From NCBI GenBank assembly GCA_051251915.1, contig JBPOGF010000014.1, positions 1 through 64,000 of the forward strand: a stretch of 64,000 bases of DNA. Reading direction: 5' to 3'. The stretch comes from Akkermansiaceae bacterium. GTDB taxonomy: Bacteria > Verrucomicrobiota > Verrucomicrobiia > Verrucomicrobiales > Akkermansiaceae. This document shows positions 48,914 to 58,849 of this stretch, one piece after another (position 1 is the stretch's first letter; the number at the start of each line of letters is the position of its first letter). The translations under genes and the position numbers were made by a program. Below the pieces are notes generated by a model that worked only from the letters and a program-made list of their open reading frames with translations, ran no database searches and was not told where the DNA came from.

Positions 48914-50284
48914 TTATTTCTCGCCTAGGTGGATAAGTTTTTTGTTGATGAACTCAAGGATTCCTAGGTATGAGAGTTCGCGGCCATAGCCGGAGTTTTT
49001 GGTACCGCCGAAGGGTAGATCTTCTTGGGAGTTTGTGGGTTGGTTGAGAAATACCATTCCTGTGTCGATCTGTTCTGCTAGTTTTTGTCCGCGGTCGATG
49101 TCTTTGGTGAAAATGGAACCGCCTAGTCCGTAGGAGGAGTCGTTTGCTAGGGCGATGGCTTCTTCATCGTTTTTGACACGATAGACGGTGGCTACTGGTC
49201 CGAATAGTTCTTGGTCGAAGCTTGGCATGTCTTTGGTGACTCCGCTTAGGATGGTTGGGTTGTAGAATGCGCCGTCGCGGTCTGGTCTGCTTGCTCCGCA
49301 GACTACTGTGGCGCCTGCATCGACTGTTTTCTGGACACTCTCTGCGAGATTTACTGCGGCGTCTTCTGTAGATAGTGGACCTAGGTCAGTGTCTGCATCG
49401 AGTGGGTCACCTACTTGCATGGATTCGACGGCTTTTTTGAATTCTGCTAGAAATGCGTCTGCTACTTTATCGTGGATGATGAAGCGTTTGGCTGCTACGC
49501 ATGATTGACCATTATTTACGAATCTGCCTTTCATGGCCATTTGAATGGTGCTTTGCATGTCGGCATCTTCGAGCACGATGAATGCGTCGTTGCCGCCAAG
49601 TTCGAGAACTGAGCGCTTGAGGTTTTTTCCTGCTAGGCCAGCGACTGCGGCTCCTGCTTTTTCGCTACCTGTTAGTGAGACTCCAGAGATTTTATTGCTT
49701 TCTATGATCGTTGCTACAAATTCAGAAGGGATGTGTAGGTTAGTGAAAACTCCTTCAGGGAATCCACTTTCTTGGAACAATTCTCCAATTTTTGTTGAGC
49801 ATTGTGGGACGCAGCCAGCGTGTTTTATAAGGCAGGTGTTTCCCGCCATGATATTGGGGGCGGCGAAGCGGATGACTTGGTAGAATGGGAAATTCCATGG
49901 CATTACACCTAGTAGTGCTCCAATGGGAGCGTGTTGGATGTAGGCATTGATGCCGTCTTTTTTGAGAGGTTGGTTAGCTAGGAATTCTTCGGCTCCGTTA
50001 GCGTAGAATTCAACGATGTCGGCACAGAAGCCGATTTCATATTTAGCTTCTTCGAGTCGCTTACCCATTTCTAAGGTGATGAGTTTGGCGTAATTGTCTT
50101 TGCGCTCGCGGAGGGTGGAGGCGAGCTTGAGCATGAGTTTTTTTCGATCTGCAATTGAAGTTTGGCGCCATGATTTGAATGCTTCATTGGCTTTGTCCAC
50201 AGCGTCCATCGCTTGTTCTTTGCTAAGCGGGTCGTAGGATTTTAATTCTTGGTTTGTTGTTGGGTTGATGGATTTTATGCTCAT
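48914..50284 (-). CDS. NAD(P)-dependent succinate-semialdehyde dehydrogenase (Sad/GabD1-like)
   Basis: MPWNFPFYQ, LTGSE, LELGGND, GQSCVAAKR, ELFGP, SGYGREL. Confidence 0.92.
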   Translation of the reverse strand: MSIKSINPTTNQELKSYDPLSKEQAMDAVDKANEAFKSWRQTSIADRKKLMLKLASTLRERKDNYAKLITLEMGKRLEEAKYEIGFCADIVEFYANGAEEFLANQPLKKDGINAYIQHAPIGALLGVMPWNFPFYQVIRFAAPNIMAGNTCLIKHAGCVPQCSTKIGELFQESGFPEGVFTNLHIPSEFVATIIESNKISGVSLTGSEKAGAAVAGLAGKNLKRSVLELGGNDAFIVLEDADMQSTIQMAMKGRFVNNGQSCVAAKRFIIHDKVADAFLAEFKKAVESMQVGDPLDADTDLGPLSTEDAAVNLAESVQKTVDAGATVVCGASRPDRDGAFYNPTILSGVTKDMPSFDQELFGPVATVYRVKNDEEAIALANDSSYGLGGSIFTKDIDRGQKLAEQIDTGMVFLNQPTNSQEDLPFGGTKNSGYGRELSYLGILEFINKKLIHLGEK

Positions 50285-50348
50285 AGGAGGTACTATCGGA
50301 CAGGTTGAATTAATGTCTAATAGTTTATGATCTATGTCTGGGGGGAGG

Positions 50349-52820
50349 CTAGAGTTTGTATGCTTCGCCTTTTTTGAGGGTGATGACTTTGGTGAGTTTT
50401 TGGTTGTGGTAGATGCGGAAGGAGGTGTTGCGCTGGGCGGTGATGGTGGCGGTTTTTAGGGTGTTGTTTTGCCATTCTAGGTCAACTGTTAGGCCACCGC
50501 GGGCGCGGAGGCCGTTGATTTTTCCGTCTTTCCATGTAGGTGGGAGTGCTGGGAGGAGGTGGAGGATGTAGGGGGCGTGGGCTATGCTGTCTGATGGGAC
50601 TGTGGCGAGGTATTCTTTTTGGTTATCTGGCTTTGGTTGGTAGGCGATGTAGGCGGCTTCTTGGATGTTGTTAGAGTCGTTGTAGATGCTGCGGAGGTGG
50701 CTTTGGAGGAGCATTTCGCAGACGCCTGCTGCGCCGCCGAAGTTTCCATCGATTTGGAATGGGGGGTGGAAGTCGAAGAGGTTTGGGTAGGCTCTTTTGG
50801 AGGTTAGGTATTGGTAGAGTTGGTGGGCTTTTTCTCCGTTGTGGAGGCGTGCCCAAAAGCATGTTTTCCAGCCTGTGCTCCAGCCTGTGGAGAGGTCGCC
50901 CCGGTGTTTCATGGTGACGAGGACGGCGTCATTTAGGGCTGGTGTGCTGAGGGGGGAGATGTCTCTGCCTGGGTGAAGGGCGATGATGTGTGAGATGTGG
51001 CGGTGTTTGTTTTTGGGGTCATCTAGGTCTTGTGGCCATTCTTGGAGTTGTCCGTGTTTGCCGATTTTTTGTGGGGAGAGTTTTGGTAGGAGTTGTCTGA
51101 GCTGGGCGCGGAGTTGTGGGTCTTTGTCTAGTATGAGTGATGCTTCGATGACGTCTGTGAAGAGGTTGACTAGGAGTTGTTGGTCCCAGGCTGCGCCGTA
51201 GGTTTGTTTGTTGTTTTTTTCTTTGGATGCTTTGTTTCCTGGGATGGCGTAGAAGTTTTCTGGTGACCATGTGGGGTAGACGACAAGGGTGCCGTCTTTG
51301 TAGGGTGCGAGGAATTCGGTGAAGAATTCTGCTGAGCCTTTTAGGGTGGGGTAGATTTCTGCGAGGTATTTTTTATCTTTGCTGAAGGTGTAGTGGTCGA
51401 AGAGGTTTTGGCAGAGCCAGTGTCCGCCTTGTTGGGCACGGCGGCCTAGTTCGTTTTGGGCGGTGAATCCGTAGACGTTTCCGTTGAGGCCCATGGACCA
51501 GCCTTTGTTGATTCCGAAGGAGTGTTTTGCGGTGTGTTTGCCTGATTCTGCGAGGATTTTCATCCATTTGGCGAATGGGGAGAATGATTCTGCGAGGTTT
51601 GCGGGGCCGGTCATCCAGTAGTTCATCTGGACGTTGATGTCTGTGTGGTAGTCTCCGTTCCACATGGGTGTTTTGTCAGCGTTCCAGAGGCCTTGGAGGT
51701 TGGATGGGACGGGGGCTGAGCGTGAGCAACTTAGTTGGAGGTAGCGGGCGTAGTTGAAGTAGAGGGATTCTAGTTCTATGCTGGGTTTTTGGACTAGCTT
51801 GTCTGTGGTGAGGCCGGATGGGGTGTGGTTTAGCTGGAGTTGGCAGCGGGTCATGAGGGATGAGATGTCGCTGGTGTGGGCTTGTTTGAGCTTGTCGTAG
51901 CCTAGGGTGGTGGCTTTTGTTAGGGTTTTGTTTAGGTCTGCTGCGTGGTCGCGGCCGGTGAATGTGGGGAATGTGGGTAGGTAGTCTGTGTAGGCGGCGA
52001 TGTAGAGCTTGATGTCTTTGGAGCCTGAGATGGTGAGGGTATCTTGGGTGTAGGAGAGTTTGGCGTCTGGTGCGTCTACTTGGATGGCTTGGGTGAAGTG
52101 GACGTCATTGAGGGCCATGGCTACTGAGCCGGTGAGGATGAGTCTGTTGGTGGTGAGTTCTTGGTTGGTGATTTTGTGGTCGGTGTTGATTTTTAGTTTG
52201 AGGGTTTGGGGGGTGGTTGATTGGAATCTGACTGCTGTTAGGTCGTGGGGGTGGCTGGTGAAGTATTCTCTGGTGTATTCTGTGTCGGCTATTTTGTAGG
52301 TGACTGAGCCTAGGCCTTGGTTGATGTCTAGGGATCTGTTGTAGTCTTTGGCATCCTTGAGTTGGTGGCCGGTTTCGATTTGGATGTTGGTGAAATTTGT
52401 GAAGTGTCCGAGTGGTTCTTTGGTGGAGAGGTGGAGGGTGGCGGTGTTTTCCATGCTGCCGGGCTTGGTGCCGTACTTTTCGTCGCGGTAGGTTTGGCGG
52501 ACGGTTTCTAGGGCTTCTGCGCCTCCGGTGCGGGAGGCGGATTGGGTGACTGGGTCTGCACCGCGTTTGGCTCCGGCCCAGAGTGTGATGTCATTTATGA
52601 GTAGGCGTTCTAGTTCTACGCCTCCTGAGAACATGGTGCCAAGGCGACCGTTGCCGAGGGGGATGGCTTGCTTGATGAAGGCTGAGTTGCCGCGTTTGAA
52701 TTTACCGCCGAGGTCGTCTTTTGCTGGTTTGTCATAGGTGAGTTGGAGTTCAGCGGCACTGGTGTAGTTAGCAGATAGTGTGAGGGCGGCGAGGATGGAT
52801 GATAGGATGAGCTTTTTCAT
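50349..52820 (-). CDS. GH95 alpha-L-fucosidase-like glycosidase
   Basis: PLGNGRLG, NLQGLWN, QMNYW, HRHISH, PPFQIDGNFG, GLRARGG. Confidence 0.93.
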   Translation of the reverse strand: MKKLILSSILAALTLSANYTSAAELQLTYDKPAKDDLGGKFKRGNSAFIKQAIPLGNGRLGTMFSGGVELERLLINDITLWAGAKRGADPVTQSASRTGGAEALETVRQTYRDEKYGTKPGSMENTATLHLSTKEPLGHFTNFTNIQIETGHQLKDAKDYNRSLDINQGLGSVTYKIADTEYTREYFTSHPHDLTAVRFQSTTPQTLKLKINTDHKITNQELTTNRLILTGSVAMALNDVHFTQAIQVDAPDAKLSYTQDTLTISGSKDIKLYIAAYTDYLPTFPTFTGRDHAADLNKTLTKATTLGYDKLKQAHTSDISSLMTRCQLQLNHTPSGLTTDKLVQKPSIELESLYFNYARYLQLSCSRSAPVPSNLQGLWNADKTPMWNGDYHTDINVQMNYWMTGPANLAESFSPFAKWMKILAESGKHTAKHSFGINKGWSMGLNGNVYGFTAQNELGRRAQQGGHWLCQNLFDHYTFSKDKKYLAEIYPTLKGSAEFFTEFLAPYKDGTLVVYPTWSPENFYAIPGNKASKEKNNKQTYGAAWDQQLLVNLFTDVIEASLILDKDPQLRAQLRQLLPKLSPQKIGKHGQLQEWPQDLDDPKNKHRHISHIIALHPGRDISPLSTPALNDAVLVTMKHRGDLSTGWSTGWKTCFWARLHNGEKAHQLYQYLTSKRAYPNLFDFHPPFQIDGNFGGAAGVCEMLLQSHLRSIYNDSNNIQEAAYIAYQPKPDNQKEYLATVPSDSIAHAPYILHLLPALPPTWKDGKINGLRARGGLTVDLEWQNNTLKTATITAQRNTSFRIYHNQKLTKVITLKKGEAYKL

Positions 52821-52851
52821 GGGTAAATCTGGTTTGGGAACGATGCGTTTA

Positions 52852-54333
52852 TTATTTATTTTCTAGGTAGGATGGCTTCCATGGTTCTGGGCTGCCTTTT
52901 CTGGATTGGAGGAATTTTGCGTTGTTGGCTTTTAGGTATGCGTGGAGTTTTGCTCTCATGGTGGCGGCTCTTTCTGGGTCTTGCTTTGAGAGGTCGTTTT
53001 GCTCGCCGATGTCTTCTTTGAGGTTGAAGAGTTTGAAGGTTCCGTCTTCGTAGTTTTCTAAGAGTTTGTAGTCTCCTTGTCTGATGGCTCCTCCGGGGAT
53101 TCCGCCTTGGTTGGAGTAGTGTGGGTAGTGCCAGTAGATGGCATCACGCTTTAGTTCTCCGCCTTCTAGGAGTGGGCGTAGGTCAACTCCGTCTACTTCT
53201 GGTTCTACTTTGTAGCCTGCTGCTGTGGCGATGGTGGGGTAGAGGTCAATGCCTGAGATGGGTGTGGCGGTGGTGGTGCCTGGTTTGGTGACATTTGGGT
53301 AGCGGATGATCCATGGTTCTCTGATTCCTCCTTCGTACATCCAGCCTTTGCCGCCGTTGAGTGGTTTGTTAGATGTGGGTAGGCCTTCTGAGGTGGAGAG
53401 TCCGCCGTTGTCTGAGGTGAAGACGATTATGGTGTTGTCCCATTTGCCTTCGGCTTTGAGTGTGTCGATGACTGATCCTATGGCGAGGTCCATGGCTTCT
53501 ACCATGGCGGCGTAGGTAGTGTGGGTTTGTTTGACGCGGATTTTGTTTGTTTTGCCGCTGGCTGAGGGGATTTTTTCGAAATCAGAAGGTGACTGTTGGT
53601 TGCCTTGTTCTTTGGCTTTTTTCTTGTACTTTTGGATGAGGTCCTTGCGTCCCATGAGTGGGGTGTGGACTGAGTAGAATGAGAGGTAGGCGAAGAAGGG
53701 CTGGTCTTTGGATTCAGTGATGAACTTGGAAGTTTCTTTCGCTAGTCTGGCTGGGAGGTGCTCTCCGGCTGGGCCTTCTTCTTTGATTTCAGGGTTCTTG
53801 TATGGGGCGAAGTATTTTTTGCCGGTGTATGGGCCGCCTCTGTCGTGGCCGCCGATGTTGATGTCGAATCCTTGTTTTTGTGGGCGGAAGTCTGGGCCGT
53901 AGCCGAGGTGCCATTTTCCGGCGAAGTAGGTTCGGTAGCCTTGGGTTCTGAGGGCTTCTGCGAGAGTTGTTTCTGCTAGTGGAAGCTCAGCGACGAATGG
54001 GGCGGGAGCAAATTTGCCGCTTTTTCCTGGGCTGGCTTTTTTACCTGGGAAGAGGTGGGTGGTGCCTATGGTGATGGGGTATTTACCAGTGAGCATGCTG
54101 ACGCGTGATGGGGAGCAGACGGGGCAGGTGGCGTAGCCGTCTGTGAAGAGGAGGGAGTCTTTTGCTAGGGCGTCGATGTTTGGGGTTTCGTAGAAGCAGT
54201 TTGGATTGTTGGCGCCGATGTCCATGTAGCCGAGGTCATCTACTAGGAAGACGAGAACGTTTGGTTTCTCGGCGGCTGTTAGAGTGGTTAGGGTTGCTCC
54301 TAGGCTGAGGATGATTCTGTTGAGTAATTTCAT
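52852..54333 (-). CDS. Formylglycine-dependent sulfatase
   Basis: VDDLG, CSPSR, GKWHLG, SDNGG, WHYPHY. Confidence 0.95.
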   Translation of the reverse strand: MKLLNRIILSLGATLTTLTAAEKPNVLVFLVDDLGYMDIGANNPNCFYETPNIDALAKDSLLFTDGYATCPVCSPSRVSMLTGKYPITIGTTHLFPGKKASPGKSGKFAPAPFVAELPLAETTLAEALRTQGYRTYFAGKWHLGYGPDFRPQKQGFDINIGGHDRGGPYTGKKYFAPYKNPEIKEEGPAGEHLPARLAKETSKFITESKDQPFFAYLSFYSVHTPLMGRKDLIQKYKKKAKEQGNQQSPSDFEKIPSASGKTNKIRVKQTHTTYAAMVEAMDLAIGSVIDTLKAEGKWDNTIIVFTSDNGGLSTSEGLPTSNKPLNGGKGWMYEGGIREPWIIRYPNVTKPGTTTATPISGIDLYPTIATAAGYKVEPEVDGVDLRPLLEGGELKRDAIYWHYPHYSNQGGIPGGAIRQGDYKLLENYEDGTFKLFNLKEDIGEQNDLSKQDPERAATMRAKLHAYLKANNAKFLQSRKGSPEPWKPSYLENK

Positions 54334-54341
54334 GTGGGTAT

Positions 54342-55760
54342 TTATTTTGTTAGGATTTTAGGTTCTGCTACTTTGCCCGCTGGTCTGATTTCTTTGTTCA
54401 TTTCTGAGTCAAATTTGGTCATGGCTGCTTTGAGTTGGGCGACGATTTCTGGGTGCTGTGAGGCGATGTTCTTTTTTTCTGAGATGTCTGTGGTGAGGTT
54501 GTAGAGTACGTCTTTTCCGTCGATGGTTCTGAGTTTGTAGTTGTTCCAGCGTGCTCCTTCTAGATTTCCCCAGTGGCTGTAGAAGAAGTATTCGTGTGGG
54601 CTGTCTTTTCCTTCTGTTAGAGTTGGGATGATATCTTTGCCGTCGATGATGAGGTCTTTAGGGAGCTTGGCATTGATTAGCTTGGCGAAGGTTGGGAGGA
54701 TATCCATGGTTGTCATGAGTTTGTCGTTGTCGCTGCCGGCTGGGATGGCTTTTGGCCAGCGGATGACGGTGGGTACTCTCATTCCTCCTTCGAGTGTGGA
54801 GCCTTTTTTTCCGCTGAGTGGTTTGGCGCTGCCTTTGGATGGGCCGTTGTCAGTGGAGAAGAGGACGATGGTGTTTTCATCGATGCTGTGTTCTTTGAGT
54901 TTATCTAGTATCTGGCCTACTGACCAGTCGATTTCATTGATGACGGTGGGGAAGATGCCGGGTTTGGCTCGTTTGTTTTTCTTACGAGCTTCCGCGTATG
55001 ATTTTTTAATTTCTGGTGAGGCGGCTAGTGGGCCGTGTGGGAGTGGGTGAGCGACGTAGAGGAAGAAGTTTTGGTCTTTGTTGTTGTCGATGAATTTGAG
55101 TGCGCGGTGGGTGATTCTACGGGTGAGTTGATTAGCATCTGGTTCTAGTTCGATGACGGTTTCTCCTTCCAGCAGGGGGAGTGGTGGGAATTTGAATATT
55201 TTATTTCTGGGGTGCTTGGGATGAATGTCATGGCTGTATGGGATGCCGAAGTATTCTTCGAATCCTTGGCGAGTGGGTAGGAATTCTGGTTGGTCGCCGA
55301 GGTGCCATTTTCCGAACATGCCTGTTTTATAGCCTGCTGACTGAGCGACTTCTGCGATGGTGAGTTCGCTTGGGTTGAGGCCTTTTCCGTCACCGGCGAG
55401 GCAGACTGGGAATCTTGTTCCTTCTGGGATGTGGGGGAGTGAGACTGTGAGGCTGGATGGGATGTCCATGTCTATGCGCTTGGGGTAGCAGCCGGTCATG
55501 AGTGCTGCGCGTGATGGGGTGCATAGGGGTGCGGCTACGTAGAAGCTGGTGAGTCTGGCGCCCTCTTTTGCCATTTGGTCAATGTTGGGAGTGAGGAGGG
55601 TTTTGCCGCCGAAACATGCTAGGTCAGCGTAGCCTTGGTCATCTGTGAAGATGATAACTAGGTTAGGCTTTTTATTGCTGGTAGCTTCGCTTTCGGCTGC
55701 AAATGAGCTTAGGGCTGAACCTAGGGCAAAGATGAGTGGTGCAATGTACTTCATATACAT
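54342..55760 (-). CDS. Formylglycine-dependent sulfatase (arylsulfatase A-like)
   Basis: TDDQG, CTPSR, GKWHLG, TDNGP. Confidence 0.95.
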   Translation of the reverse strand: MYMKYIAPLIFALGSALSSFAAESEATSNKKPNLVIIFTDDQGYADLACFGGKTLLTPNIDQMAKEGARLTSFYVAAPLCTPSRAALMTGCYPKRIDMDIPSSLTVSLPHIPEGTRFPVCLAGDGKGLNPSELTIAEVAQSAGYKTGMFGKWHLGDQPEFLPTRQGFEEYFGIPYSHDIHPKHPRNKIFKFPPLPLLEGETVIELEPDANQLTRRITHRALKFIDNNKDQNFFLYVAHPLPHGPLAASPEIKKSYAEARKKNKRAKPGIFPTVINEIDWSVGQILDKLKEHSIDENTIVLFSTDNGPSKGSAKPLSGKKGSTLEGGMRVPTVIRWPKAIPAGSDNDKLMTTMDILPTFAKLINAKLPKDLIIDGKDIIPTLTEGKDSPHEYFFYSHWGNLEGARWNNYKLRTIDGKDVLYNLTTDISEKKNIASQHPEIVAQLKAAMTKFDSEMNKEIRPAGKVAEPKILTK

Positions 55761-55851
55761 ACTTATACGTATGTGTATGACGGATTACTACAAAAAAAGG
55801 AGGCTATAATGAATATGTGGATGTGGATTCCTGATATTTGTATAACCTGAT

Positions 55852-56364
55852 TTAGATGAGGTCTTCATCACCTGGGACTGGGGGGATGAGGTCTTCTCTG
55901 AGGAGGAGTCGCTCGATGTTTAGGTCATCGATGAGGTCATCTGCTGTTTGCTGGATAATGGAGCAATAGGGGGTGATTCTGTCGACTTCAGCGATGGTGC
56001 AGTGGGTCATGGTGGAGATGATGTCAGCATCGTATTTCTCTCTCTCGAAAATATTGGTGATACGGAAGACGACGCGTTGTCTGTCGAGGTCGTATTCAAG
56101 TCCACCGAGGTTCATTTGTTTGTTTGCGCGGTGGAGTAGTTCTAGGAGATAGGGCATTTTTAACTCATCCATTGGCATGGAAGTCTCGCCAACGATGCTG
56201 AGGGCATTGAGTTGGGTGAAGGCTTGGGCGAAGAGTTGGACGCGGGTGTGATGGGCATCGAATGCGGTGGTGATGACTTCACGGCCTTCGATGATTTCGT
56301 GTTGCCAGCCTTGCTGGTTAAAGGCGTCAGAGATGGATTGAGTTTGGAGTGATGGTGGTCTCAT
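55852..56364 (-). CDS. YbjN-like (type III chaperone fold) protein
   Basis: LELLHRANKQMNLGGLEYD pattern; acidic, 170 aa. Confidence 0.6.
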   Translation of the reverse strand: MRPPSLQTQSISDAFNQQGWQHEIIEGREVITTAFDAHHTRVQLFAQAFTQLNALSIVGETSMPMDELKMPYLLELLHRANKQMNLGGLEYDLDRQRVVFRITNIFEREKYDADIISTMTHCTIAEVDRITPYCSIIQQTADDLIDDLNIERLLLREDLIPPVPGDEDLI

Positions 56365-56373
56365 GGTGGTAAA

Positions 56374-56823
56374 TTATCTTGGAGTGATGGTGAGTGGCTC
56401 ACCGTAAATATTTGTAGTGGCCCAGACTTGGTCGCCAGTTTTAAATGGATCCTGGTCGAGGCTAATGAGCTTATAAGATTGCCCTTTTAACTTCACCATG
56501 ACTTCTTGAGCATCTTTTTGGCGGACGCGGGTTTCGGCTTTTCTGCCACCGTAGGCGCCGATGAATCTGCCGACGACGGCTCCAACGTATCGTCCTGTTC
56601 CAGAGCCTACACTAGCTCCTGTTAATGCTCCTCCGAGGCTGCCAATTGTGGTGCCGACTCCGATGTTCTTAGAGACTTTGACGGGGTGACTGTGCTGGAC
56701 AATTCCTGCAGTTTTACCTGTTTGGGTTTTTCTGTGTGGTGCTTTAATGACGGAGTATTCTTGAGAACAGCTAGCCATTAGTAGCGTGGCCGCTATTGCG
56801 CAGTTTAATTTACTAGTTCTCAT
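56374..56823 (-). CDS. Glycine-zipper outer-membrane lipoprotein (SlyB-like)
   Basis: LMASC lipobox; GTTIGSLGGALTGASVGSGTG. Confidence 0.75.
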   Translation of the reverse strand: MRTSKLNCAIAATLLMASCSQEYSVIKAPHRKTQTGKTAGIVQHSHPVKVSKNIGVGTTIGSLGGALTGASVGSGTGRYVGAVVGRFIGAYGGRKAETRVRQKDAQEVMVKLKGQSYKLISLDQDPFKTGDQVWATTNIYGEPLTITPR

Positions 56824-56859
56824 GAATACTTATTAACAGAAGTAGTCTTCAATACGATG

Positions 56860-58443
56860 TTATTCCTCGTCGAGGGATATGCGTGGGAAGACTGGTTTAG
56901 GTTTGGCGACTTCTTGGCCTACCGGGATCATGCCCCACTTAAGGTCATTGATATTTACGTCGGCTAGGAAGTTAGCTTTAAGCTGGTTTTGGATACGCTC
57001 ACAGGCTGCTGGGATTACTGGCTTGAGGAGGACGGAGACGATGGCGACTACTTCTGTTAGGTGTCCGAGGACTGTGGTTAGTTCTGCCATTTTTGTTTCG
57101 TCTTTAGCGAGTGACCAGGGTGCCTGTTTGTCGGTGTATTGGTTACAGAGGGTGATGTATTTGATGACGACTTCGAGAGCTTCAGAGACGGCGTAGCGAT
57201 CCATTGCTTCTTTGTAGGCTGCAATGGTGACGGCTGCTTGCTCTCTTAGCTCCTGACTGGCTTCATCATCGTAGTCGCTTGCTGAAGTAGCACCGTTGAG
57301 AAATCTCTTGGTCATGCTTAGGCCGCGGTTGCAGAGGTTGCCGAGATTGTTAGCCAGCTCGGTGTTGAAGAGCATGACTAGGCGCTCTGGGTCGAAGTTT
57401 GAATCTCTGCCAGTGTGGATGTCTCTAACTAGATAGTAGCGCACGCAGTCTGGGCCGAATTTCTCGACGAGTTTGACTGGGTCCATCATGTCCGCTTGCT
57501 CTGGGGTCATTTCACTTTTGGAAACTTTACCGCTATTTAGGTTCCAGAATCCGTGAACGAGGAGTGATGGCATTTGCTCATCTGTGAAACCGATGGCATG
57601 TAGCATGCATGGCCAGTAGATGGAGTGAGAGGGGACGAGGATGTCTTTGCCAATGACGTGAAGGTTTGCTGGCCAGAGTTTATCAAAGTCAGGGAGGTCT
57701 GAACCTTCTGCTTTGTTGTATCCGGCGAAGGAGATGTAGTTGATTAGGGCATCAAACCAGACGAAGGTGACGAATTCTGAGTCAAATGGGAGTTCGATCC
57801 CCCAGCGGAGTCTTTCCTTGGGGCGAGAGATGCAGAGGTCATTGTCTTCAGCGCGTTCGATAGCGTTTAGGACGTCTGCTTTTCTGAATGAGGGGATGAT
57901 GAAGTTGTCGCTGTTTTCAACGTAGTCGCGCAGCCATGCAACGTGGTCGCTTAGTTTGAAGTAATAGTTTTCTTCATCACGTTCTTCTACTTGGCCCCAT
58001 TCTGAACCGAAGTTTCCTTCTTCATCGCGCTCTTTGTCGGTGAGGAATTGTTCCTGTTTGATGGAGTAGAAGCCTTTGTATTGCTTCTTGTAGATTTGGC
58101 CTTCGTCGAAGAGTTTCTGGAGGATGTCGGCTACACATTTTTTGTGTTGGTCATCTGTGGTCTCTGCCCAGCCGTCATAATCTAGTTCTAGCGCGGTCCA
58201 GGCGTTGGTGAAGTTTTTGGTCGTCTTGCGAACATAAGTTCCTGGGTGGATGCCTTCTTTCTCGGCTGTCTGCTGCACTTTTTGACCGTGCTGATCTACT
58301 CCTGTTAGGAAATAGGCATCGTCTCCACAGAGTTTGCGGTAACGGGTGATGACATCTGCGAGGACCTTTTCGTAGGCGTGGCCGATGTGTGGTTTGCCGT
58401 TGGTGTAGTCAATGGCGGTGGTGGTGTAAAAAGTTTTAGACAT
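56860..58443 (-). CDS. metG: Methionine-tRNA ligase (short form)
   Basis: HIGH, TGVDQHG, VWFDALINY, GKDI, KVSKS. Confidence 0.97.
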   Translation of the reverse strand: MSKTFYTTTAIDYTNGKPHIGHAYEKVLADVITRYRKLCGDDAYFLTGVDQHGQKVQQTAEKEGIHPGTYVRKTTKNFTNAWTALELDYDGWAETTDDQHKKCVADILQKLFDEGQIYKKQYKGFYSIKQEQFLTDKERDEEGNFGSEWGQVEERDEENYYFKLSDHVAWLRDYVENSDNFIIPSFRKADVLNAIERAEDNDLCISRPKERLRWGIELPFDSEFVTFVWFDALINYISFAGYNKAEGSDLPDFDKLWPANLHVIGKDILVPSHSIYWPCMLHAIGFTDEQMPSLLVHGFWNLNSGKVSKSEMTPEQADMMDPVKLVEKFGPDCVRYYLVRDIHTGRDSNFDPERLVMLFNTELANNLGNLCNRGLSMTKRFLNGATSASDYDDEASQELREQAAVTIAAYKEAMDRYAVSEALEVVIKYITLCNQYTDKQAPWSLAKDETKMAELTTVLGHLTEVVAIVSVLLKPVIPAACERIQNQLKANFLADVNINDLKWGMIPVGQEVAKPKPVFPRISLDEE

Positions 58444-58478
58444 GATTGGTGATGATTTAAAAATTGATGATCAATGTT

Positions 58479-58820
58479 CTATGATCTGGTCTTATCGACC
58501 TTGCCACCGATTCCGAGGATGGTGGCATTTTGTTTGGCGGCTTCAGCTTCTGGGATGTTGCCGTCTTGCACATACATCTGGGAGAGGGCTGTCCAGGCAA
58601 GGAGGTCGTTTGGTTCTAAGGTTACGGCTTGGAGTCCGCAGCCAATAGCTTCCTTGATTTCACCCACTTTCATGAGTGCCATGCCGAGGGCTTGCCAGCC
58701 ATCAAAAAACTCAGCGTCAAGGGCCACGCATTTACGATAGCCGACGATGGCTTCTTCAAACTCACCGATTGCCAGTGAGCCGTTTGCGTCATCAAAGATG
58801 TCATTTAGCTCATCGCTCAT
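58479..58820 (-). CDS. Small TPR protein
   Basis: TPR helix pattern (W.ALG.AL...G...EAI; AWTALSQMY). Confidence 0.85.
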   Translation of the reverse strand: MSDELNDIFDDANGSLAIGEFEEAIVGYRKCVALDAEFFDGWQALGMALMKVGEIKEAIGCGLQAVTLEPNDLLAWTALSQMYVQDGNIPEAEAAKQNATILGIGGKVDKTRS

Positions 58821-58849
58821 TCTGGTAAGTATGTTAGAGGTAAGTTTTA

